A DNA stretch of 13,213 nucleotides from Candidatus Nanopusillus sp. GTDB taxonomy: Archaea > Nanobdellota > Nanobdellia > Nanobdellales > Nanobdellaceae. The stretch is from NCBI GenBank assembly GCA_028276785.1, contig JAPYVP010000014.1:1-13213 (forward strand), given 5' to 3'. The position numbers were made by a program, and so were the translations under genes. The notes under the pieces were generated by a model, which did not search any database, was not told the origin of the DNA, and worked only from the letters and a program-made list of their open reading frames with translations. This document shows positions 1-5,814 of this stretch, in pieces (position 1 is the stretch's first letter; each line of letters begins with the position of its first letter).

Positions 1-669
1 GTTTTTTTAATTACGTTAATAATAATCACTGCTGTAGTAGGTGTTGGTTTATCTTTTGCATACTATATAAAATACTATGTAAATTATACTAAAAGTAATA
101 TTTATGTTATATGGAAAGGAGACTTATTTAATAGTACAGTTAATGCAATAATTTCTTTTGCAGAAAGATATTGGGGAGGACCATGGTTTGTAGTAGATAA
201 TGAGACATTTTATGCAATTTATAATGGTAGAGGTGGATATAATGTAGTGTATATAAATGGAACTATATTAACGGTTGAAAAAGGGGTTTTATATAATAAA
301 TTTGTTTTAGATTCTAATATATCCCCACCAAAAGAAATGGTGTTTATAGTTCTTTCTAATTCTACAAAATTTGATGGTGCGTTAATAACGTTATTTGGAT
401 ATTATTGGGATTCAGTTCCAAATCCAGCTCAAGAGGCATATGAACAAGTAATGAGTAAATTAAAAGGCAATTTTACTTTTGATGAAAACATAGGTATGAG
501 GGGTGATAATATATATACGTATGAATCTTCTGAATATTTTGTATCATACATAGAATTAGGTCAACATATGTTTATGAGAATTTTTACTGCAAATATAAAT
601 GCCTCTATAAATCAATTACATACATTTGTTTCTGAAGTAGAATATTTTTTAAAATCAACATTAAGATAG
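1..669 (+). CDS. Hypothetical membrane-anchored, probably extracytoplasmic protein; 5'-truncated by the window edge
   Basis: Frame +1 has no stop from base 1 to the TAG at 667-669. The track starts this ORF at a GTG (247), but 1-246 has no in-frame ATG. The upstream in-frame translation VFLITLIIITAVVGVGLSFAYYIKYY looks like a TM helix, so the gene most likely starts upstream of the window. The soluble part has seven N-x-S/T sequons. No family recognised. Confidence 0.6.
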   Translation, partial: VFLITLIIITAVVGVGLSFAYYIKYYVNYTKSNIYVIWKGDLFNSTVNAIISFAERYWGGPWFVVDNETFYAIYNGRGGYNVVYINGTILTVEKGVLYNKFVLDSNISPPKEMVFIVLSNSTKFDGALITLFGYYWDSVPNPAQEAYEQVMSKLKGNFTFDENIGMRGDNIYTYESSEYFVSYIELGQHMFMRIFTANINASINQLHTFVSEVEYFLKSTLR

Positions 670-770
670 TAAAAAATTTTTATTAGGTAATAATATTTAT
701 ATTTCTGTGTTTTTTGAAGGCTTAAAATCTGATATTAAATTTATCTGACCTGGAAGATAAATATTTGTTT

Positions 771-842
771 TGGACCCGCCGGGATTTGAACCCGGGACCT
801 CTGGCTAGCGAGGCCAGAATCCTACCACTAGACTACGGGCCC
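771..842 (-). tRNA. tRNA-Ala (anticodon CGC)
   Basis: Reverse complement reads GGGCCCGTAGTCTAGTGGTAGGATTCTGGCCTCGCTAGCCAGAGGTCCCGGGTTCAAATCCCGGCGGGTCCA. It has a 7-bp acceptor stem with the G3:U70 alanine identity pair. The anticodon stem is CTGGC/GCCAG with loop CTCGCTA (anticodon CGC). The T-arm is CCGGG-TTCAAAT-CCCGG and the discriminator is A. Length 72 nt, no intron, CCA not encoded. Confidence 0.93.
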
Positions 843-867
843 TAAAATATAATTATCTAAAAAATAG

Positions 868-1035
868 TTATATATTCAATAAAATTTGAAGAAGTGCTAA
901 TATATCTAAAACAACAATACCTCCAGCTGCAAATTTTATATACTCATTGCTAAAAAACGAAGGATTCCATAATAGATACAGTTCTATTAATGTACCTACA
1001 ATTATAAAGGTACTCATCAATAATTTACTGTCCAT
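868..1035 (-). CDS. Possible small (55 aa) hydrophobic protein, below the ORF-track size cutoff
   Basis: Hand translation of the minus strand gives ATG (1033-1035) to TAA (868-870): MDSKLLMSTFIIVGTLIELYLLWNPSFFSNEYIKFAAGGIVVLDILALLQILLNI. It has two hydrophobic segments. A TATA-like CTTATATTT (complement of 1057-1065) is centred about 26 nt upstream of the ATG. No homology recognised, and it could be a chance ORF in AT-rich DNA. Confidence 0.3.
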   Translation of the reverse strand: MDSKLLMSTFIIVGTLIELYLLWNPSFFSNEYIKFAAGGIVVLDILALLQILLNI

Positions 1036-1106
1036 GTATTATATATATGGCTTTGGAAATATAAGCTAATGCTTATCAAATATGATTTATAAATATTATA
1101 AAAAAT

Positions 1107-1472
1107 TTATATTATCAATTTTCCTTTCCCCGGGGATCCTATAGATTTAGCAATTTCTTCCCACTTTTCTCCAAAGTTTTGTTTATATAACTCTATTATT
1201 TCACTTGTTAATAAGTTCTCCTTCTTTAATTTCCAGTATGATATTGGTATCTTATTTTTTAACATTTCTTTTATTAAATCTTCAGTTTTTATTCCTTTAT
1301 TTATATTTAATACTTTATCCGTAGGTTCTAAATGTTTTATATTTACTCTTCTTCTTCTTATATCTCCATCCACTAATACAAAATTATTATCAATTACATC
1401 AATTACTACACAATATCTTCCTGCTTCTCTTCCCTTTAATTTTATGCATACTCTACCAATGTCTAGCAACAT
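1107..1472 (-). CDS. rpl14e: 50S ribosomal protein L14e (KOW fold) with a C-terminal extension
   Basis: GRVCIKLKGREAGRYCVVIDVIDNNFVLVDG...RRRRVNIKHLEPTDK closely matches the archaeal L14e signature as I recall it from Sulfolobus L14e. It lies 2 nt downstream of L34e, its conserved neighbour. Confidence 0.9.
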   Translation of the reverse strand: MLLDIGRVCIKLKGREAGRYCVVIDVIDNNFVLVDGDIRRRRVNIKHLEPTDKVLNINKGIKTEDLIKEMLKNKIPISYWKLKKENLLTSEIIELYKQNFGEKWEEIAKSIGSPGKGKLII

Positions 1473-1474
1473 TT

Positions 1475-1744
1475 TTATTGATTAGAATTTAATATTTTTA
1501 TTTTTTCCCTTACTTTTTCCTTTAATAAATTTTCTAAGCATTTATGACATAAATACCCCCCATACTTTCTGCTAATTCTCTTTTGCGATAAGTTTAATCT
1601 TCTATATCTTGAAGGATGTAATGATGGTAATCCTTGTAATTTTCTTCCGCATATTGCACATTTTGGTATATTTCCTTTCTTTAATTTGACAATTACTGAT
1701 ATTTTACCAGAGGGTGTTTTTCTGATTAAATATGTCTTAGCCAT
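1475..1744 (-). CDS. rpl34e: 50S ribosomal protein L34e
   Basis: Contains ...TPSGK...KKGNIPKCAICGRKLQG...RKYGGYLCHKCL..., the L34e zinc-ribbon-like C-x-x-C ... C-x-x-C pattern with the YGG motif. Its start overlaps the upstream gene's stop by 8 nt (ATGGCTAA). Confidence 0.9.
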   Translation of the reverse strand: MAKTYLIRKTPSGKISVIVKLKKGNIPKCAICGRKLQGLPSLHPSRYRRLNLSQKRISRKYGGYLCHKCLENLLKEKVREKIKILNSNQ

Positions 1745-2360
1745 TTTTATTATCTATTTTAGATTTTTTTATAAATCTTGAGTAAATAATATTAAATACT
1801 AATAAAGAAATTTGTACTAGGATATATAATATTATATATAAAAGTAAAGGATTCAACCAATTTATATTTATTATTGGCAAATAAAATGGTAAAGTATTTG
1901 TTATAACATTTACAGATAATAATTTTGGATCATATGTTTCGTTTAAAGTTATTATATTGTAATTTGCACGGTAAAAACCCAGAAAACTATTATTATAATA
2001 TATAGCAAAATCTTGATTGTATAGTATTGGATTTGTTATTAATATACTTGTTGTATTATTTATATTTGTAATATAAAATCCTGATTGAAATGCAAAGATA
2101 ATAAAAATTAAAATAAAAATTCCAAATATAGTGATAATTATTGTGTGTTTCAGTATTTTTGAATATATTTTAGTAATTTCTCCCATAATATTACTTAATT
2201 CTTCTAATTTTCCAGATTTAAAACTTTCAATGTATCTTTTTTGTATCTCTTGCAATTTTTTTTGATGTTCTCTTATTCCAAGCTTTTTTTCAATTATTTT
2301 TATTACTATGGTTACTAGTATAACTAAAAAAAGTACATAGAAGAATAGCGCATTTATCAT
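1737..2360 (-). CDS. DUF106-type membrane protein (archaeal YidC/Oxa1-superfamily-like insertase candidate)
   Basis: Architecture is TM1 (ALFFYVLFLVILVTIVI), a charged helical hairpin (EHQKKLQEIQKRYIESFKSGKLEELSNIMGEITKIYSKILKH), TM2 (IIITIFGIFILIFIIFAF), then LPFYLPI...NWLNPLLLYIILYILVQISLL. This matches the DUF106 (M. jannaschii Mj0480-type) layout. It sits immediately after secY (ATGA overlap), the conserved archaeal position for this family. The call rests on architecture and synteny, not a computed alignment. Confidence 0.55.
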   Translation of the reverse strand: MINALFFYVLFLVILVTIVIKIIEKKLGIREHQKKLQEIQKRYIESFKSGKLEELSNIMGEITKIYSKILKHTIIITIFGIFILIFIIFAFQSGFYITNINNTTSILITNPILYNQDFAIYYNNSFLGFYRANYNIITLNETYDPKLLSVNVITNTLPFYLPIININWLNPLLLYIILYILVQISLLVFNIIYSRFIKKSKIDNKNG

Positions 2361-3712
2361 TTCAGATATTTTCCAATTAATGGTATTAAATATAACGCAT
2401 CTGCCCTCTTCAAGTCATTATATATTTGTCCGGCTATTACTATTAATAATAATATACTTACCCCAGATATTGCAGAACTTAGTATATCACTCAAAGATGC
2501 TAATAATCCCATTAAAAATCCAGATAAATATCCTATAGGATCTATATATTTTCTTAACATATCTTCTACAACTCTTGGATCTCTTGTATATAATGGAGAA
2601 TTTGGGTTACTTGTTAAATAATTTGCTAAATTTTTTGGATCTAAACCTGTAGAATATATCCAAAATTTAGATATGAACATTCCACCAACTGTAAATAATA
2701 AAAAGTAGAATATTACATGAAATATGTTGAATGGAACATATAGATATTCAATTCCAAACTGTCCAATATTTATTATTAAGTTTGGCGGAGATAATAATTG
2801 TACAATTGGATTATTAGGATTAAATCCAAATAAAGATTGTATTTGAATTATTAATGCATAAATGAATATTGCTGGAATAACAGAAGTATATAATAATTGT
2901 ATTGGATATTTAACAATTTCTCCATTAATGTTTAAATATAATAATGGAACTTCTATTTTTAGTGACTGTAGATATACTGCAAATATTAAAATTCCAATAG
3001 TAATAATTGCGGCAAATAAAAATGCAAGACCCAAATTAATATTTCCTTGAGATAAATATAAAATTCCTTCTGGTATATATCCTGTTGGTTGTGTAAACAG
3101 ACCTGTTGAAGTAGATGGGGGAGAAAGAGGATTAAATAGTCTTAGAACTAATGCAATACTTATTGTAGTTAAAATAATAACATTAATTCCAGATGTAATT
3201 CCATATTTATATGAAAAATCATCTAACAATAATATAATAATACCGCCAATAAATAATTGTAGAAATAAAATAATGTACAAAATTATTGGATCTATTTCTA
3301 AAAATACGTTTGGTGATATATTTCCACTAGCGATTAAAATAGTACTTTCTATTATAATAAATATTAATGCAATAAATCTTGCATAGTTGTCAAATTTGGT
3401 TTTTCCTTCATCAGTACTTATATCGATATTTATTATCCCAAGACCAACTAACAATTGCATAAAAATTCCAGCAATTACTATTGGAGCGATTCCTACGCTT
3501 GCTAGAGTTCCTAAATTAGATCCAAATAACCATAAAAATTGTTCAAGTCTTGTAGAAACTTCTGGAGATATTCCAAATAACGGTATTGATGCTAGAACAG
3601 TATATAATGCAATTACTAATAATGTGTTATATACTCTTTCTCTTAAAGATAATGTTTTTTTTGGTTCTTCGATGGATGGTAAGTATGAGATTATTTTATC
3701 TATTATGTTCAT
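2357..3712 (-). CDS. secY: Preprotein translocase subunit SecY (Sec61-alpha)
   Basis: 451-aa polytopic membrane protein with about 10 hydrophobic segments. The N-terminus (...RVYNTLLVIALYTVLASIPLFG) and C-terminal region are typical of archaeal SecY. It is followed by the conserved DUF106/L34e/L14e neighbours. Confidence 0.93.
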   Translation of the reverse strand: MNIIDKIISYLPSIEEPKKTLSLRERVYNTLLVIALYTVLASIPLFGISPEVSTRLEQFLWLFGSNLGTLASVGIAPIVIAGIFMQLLVGLGIINIDISTDEGKTKFDNYARFIALIFIIIESTILIASGNISPNVFLEIDPIILYIILFLQLFIGGIIILLLDDFSYKYGITSGINVIILTTISIALVLRLFNPLSPPSTSTGLFTQPTGYIPEGILYLSQGNINLGLAFLFAAIITIGILIFAVYLQSLKIEVPLLYLNINGEIVKYPIQLLYTSVIPAIFIYALIIQIQSLFGFNPNNPIVQLLSPPNLIINIGQFGIEYLYVPFNIFHVIFYFLLFTVGGMFISKFWIYSTGLDPKNLANYLTSNPNSPLYTRDPRVVEDMLRKYIDPIGYLSGFLMGLLASLSDILSSAISGVSILLLIVIAGQIYNDLKRADALYLIPLIGKYLK

Positions 3713-3744
3713 AAATAAAACTAATTAAAAACATTTTTAAATTA

Positions 3745-5790
3745 TTAATCAACTTTCTCTCCAGAAAATGTTTCCTGCCTTTTACCCGTTCCTCCAAGAT
3801 CTATTGGTAATTGTGAAAATATTGAGATAGAATATGGAGAGTATCTTGTATATTGAATATAATCTGGAATAACTTGTACTCCTCCATATGGTAACATTGT
3901 ATTAAATTGGTTTATAATATTTCCATATATATTATAAGGTCCAGCACCTGCAATTAAATTGTAATATTCATTTCCATAGATTGCATGAAATTGATTAACA
4001 TAATATCCACCAGGTTCATGTACAATTGTTACTTTTTTATTTTCTAATATATCTCTAATTTTCTCTAATTCTGATGCAATAACATCATCCCAACCCATTC
4101 CTAATGGTAAATGTGTATCTTCTCCAGCTTGTGTCTCATGGACATGTAAATGCTTAATTTCTGGTTTAATTTCTTCAACCCATTTTAATATATCTTCTTT
4201 CGTATATCCATACTTTTCAAACATTTTTATATGTCCAACATCTAATGTAGCTCCTATTCTTTCTTTAACAAATTCATCTACACTACCATATTTTTTCTCA
4301 ATTTCATTTTTTAATTCAGGATATTTTTCTATTACTTTTTTTACTTCTTCCCTTATATTATTTAATAATTTTTTCCATATATCGGGTCTTGTAGCAGGTG
4401 CTCCAGGATATGATTCTTCAATATTTATATAACTTAAATACTTATCAAAATCCTTATACCATCCTTCTGGATTTTTACTTATTTCTCTTTCAATTAGCAT
4501 TCTAATTCCCTCAGCTATTACTTCTGGAGCTGTTTTTATTGCAACTTCTTGATATGGTTTTACAATTGGAATTGGAAATTCTGAAAATACTGTGTTTTTT
4601 AGCTGTGATAATAGATGATTTGTATATTCAATAGATAATATCATGTCATTTACAAAATCAAACATTTTATTCATAAAATAATCTCTATATGCCGGGCTAC
4701 TATTATTCTGTACAACTTCTTTAGCAAATTTAGATATTTCATTTTCATAGTTTTCTATTCTCTTCAAGCTATCTTCAAAATGTTGTTTATAAAAGGATAT
4801 CTTATTTCTTGCAGCTTCTCTTAAATTTGGATCTGCAATATCTTTTATATTATCCCATATTGCATCAATATATTCTTTTACTTTTTCTAAGAAAGACCTG
4901 TATGTCTTTAGATTGTATAAAAATTCTCCTATTTTTTCTTGATCTGTACTAGTATATCCAAAATAACTTATTAATTGATAATTATCTAATAATCTTTTTT
5001 TTATTGAATAAAGGTTTCTATCAATATCATTAAATATATTCATCCAAACCTTTTCATTTTCTTTATAAATTTCATCAACAGCAGAAAGTCTTATTGCCCT
5101 TTCTACGGCACCAGTTAAATATCTTCCAGGCATAACAACCCCCATATATTCGTAATTTCCATTTAAATTAATGTATGCAGCTTCTTGTTTTGCAAAGGCC
5201 CAAGATGGTATATTTTTTTCTAATGTTTCCATATCAACATTATTACTAACTAGCCTATTATATTGTTCTGATGTTATATATCCTAATCTATATAATTTTT
5301 CTGCAAAAGATTTTCTAAATTCATAATTACTTAAAAGTTCATCTTTTAATCTTTTTTCAAAATCTTTATCCCATTCTGTTAATGTAAGATCTCCTGCATG
5401 CATATTTACCTTAATTGGTTCTCCATAAATTCTTGCCATTATTCCCGCACTTTCCAATATTACTGATGTTTTGTAAGCCATTTGTTTTATATTATCCTTT
5501 CTTATATTCCCCCTTTCATCTGTTGCAGGTAATTGAAAATCCCTTTCAGGAGCATGAATTGTAACTTCAACATTATTTATTCTTGCATTTCTTGCAATTT
5601 CTTCAAATATTTGTCTTGGTATATTTGCCCATTGGCCTGAAAAGGAAAATGTTTGTATTTCTACTCCAGGATATCCAGCAGATATTTTTGATAGGTATTG
5701 TTGTAACTGATTTACGGTCTGGGGACTTGTACTGGTAGATATTCCCCTATTATATAATTCCTTTGGATATTTTTTATCTTCATTATCCAT
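3745..5790 (-). CDS. Xylose-isomerase-like / endonuclease IV-like TIM-barrel metalloprotein split by a roughly 290-aa helical insertion; function unknown
   Basis: Ordered motifs are TIHAPE (H79), VNMHAGD (H131), INIEES (E458/459), ATLDVGHIKM (D517, H520), HLHVHE (H547/549/551), GEDTHLPLGMG (D558, H560) and TIVHEPGG (E592). They follow the order of the E. coli Nfo ligands H69, H109, E145, D179/H182, H216, D229/H231, E261. The H131-E458 spacing is about 327 aa against 36 aa in Nfo. The ORF is long and uninterrupted. It lies 24 nt downstream of the 560-aa gene and ends 32 nt upstream of the secY start. Confidence 0.55.
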   Translation of the reverse strand: MDNEDKKYPKELYNRGISTSTSPQTVNQLQQYLSKISAGYPGVEIQTFSFSGQWANIPRQIFEEIARNARINNVEVTIHAPERDFQLPATDERGNIRKDNIKQMAYKTSVILESAGIMARIYGEPIKVNMHAGDLTLTEWDKDFEKRLKDELLSNYEFRKSFAEKLYRLGYITSEQYNRLVSNNVDMETLEKNIPSWAFAKQEAAYINLNGNYEYMGVVMPGRYLTGAVERAIRLSAVDEIYKENEKVWMNIFNDIDRNLYSIKKRLLDNYQLISYFGYTSTDQEKIGEFLYNLKTYRSFLEKVKEYIDAIWDNIKDIADPNLREAARNKISFYKQHFEDSLKRIENYENEISKFAKEVVQNNSSPAYRDYFMNKMFDFVNDMILSIEYTNHLLSQLKNTVFSEFPIPIVKPYQEVAIKTAPEVIAEGIRMLIEREISKNPEGWYKDFDKYLSYINIEESYPGAPATRPDIWKKLLNNIREEVKKVIEKYPELKNEIEKKYGSVDEFVKERIGATLDVGHIKMFEKYGYTKEDILKWVEEIKPEIKHLHVHETQAGEDTHLPLGMGWDDVIASELEKIRDILENKKVTIVHEPGGYYVNQFHAIYGNEYYNLIAGAGPYNIYGNIINQFNTMLPYGGVQVIPDYIQYTRYSPYSISIFSQLPIDLGGTGKRQETFSGEKVD

Positions 5791-5814
5791 TTATATATAA
5801 AGGTATTTCAGAAT

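Noticed and set aside
247-249. GTG at 247 as the start codon of the first ORF (as in the track)
   Set aside because: The frame stays open back to base 1 and encodes a plausible TM helix there. The GTG is more likely an internal Val codon of a gene that starts upstream of the window.
670-770. Possible C/D-box sRNA in the 100-bp intergenic region (two CUGA motifs near 728 and 745)
   Set aside because: There is no RUGAUGA C-box or C' box on either strand and no terminal stem. CUGA alone is expected by chance.
1061-1076. Hairpin ataagc-taat-gcttat downstream of rpl14e as a terminator or regulatory structure
   Set aside because: It has only a 6-bp A/T-rich stem, and archaeal termination relies mainly on oligo-T runs (one is present just after the L14e stop). 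It also overlaps the TATA candidate for the small ORF, so it is too weak to call.
2862-3728. Plus-strand ORFs 2862-3050 (62 aa) and 3387-3728 (113 aa) from the track
   Set aside because: Both lie antisense within secY, a confidently identified gene. Their translations are low-complexity I/N/K-rich sequence with no motifs, typical of shadow ORFs.
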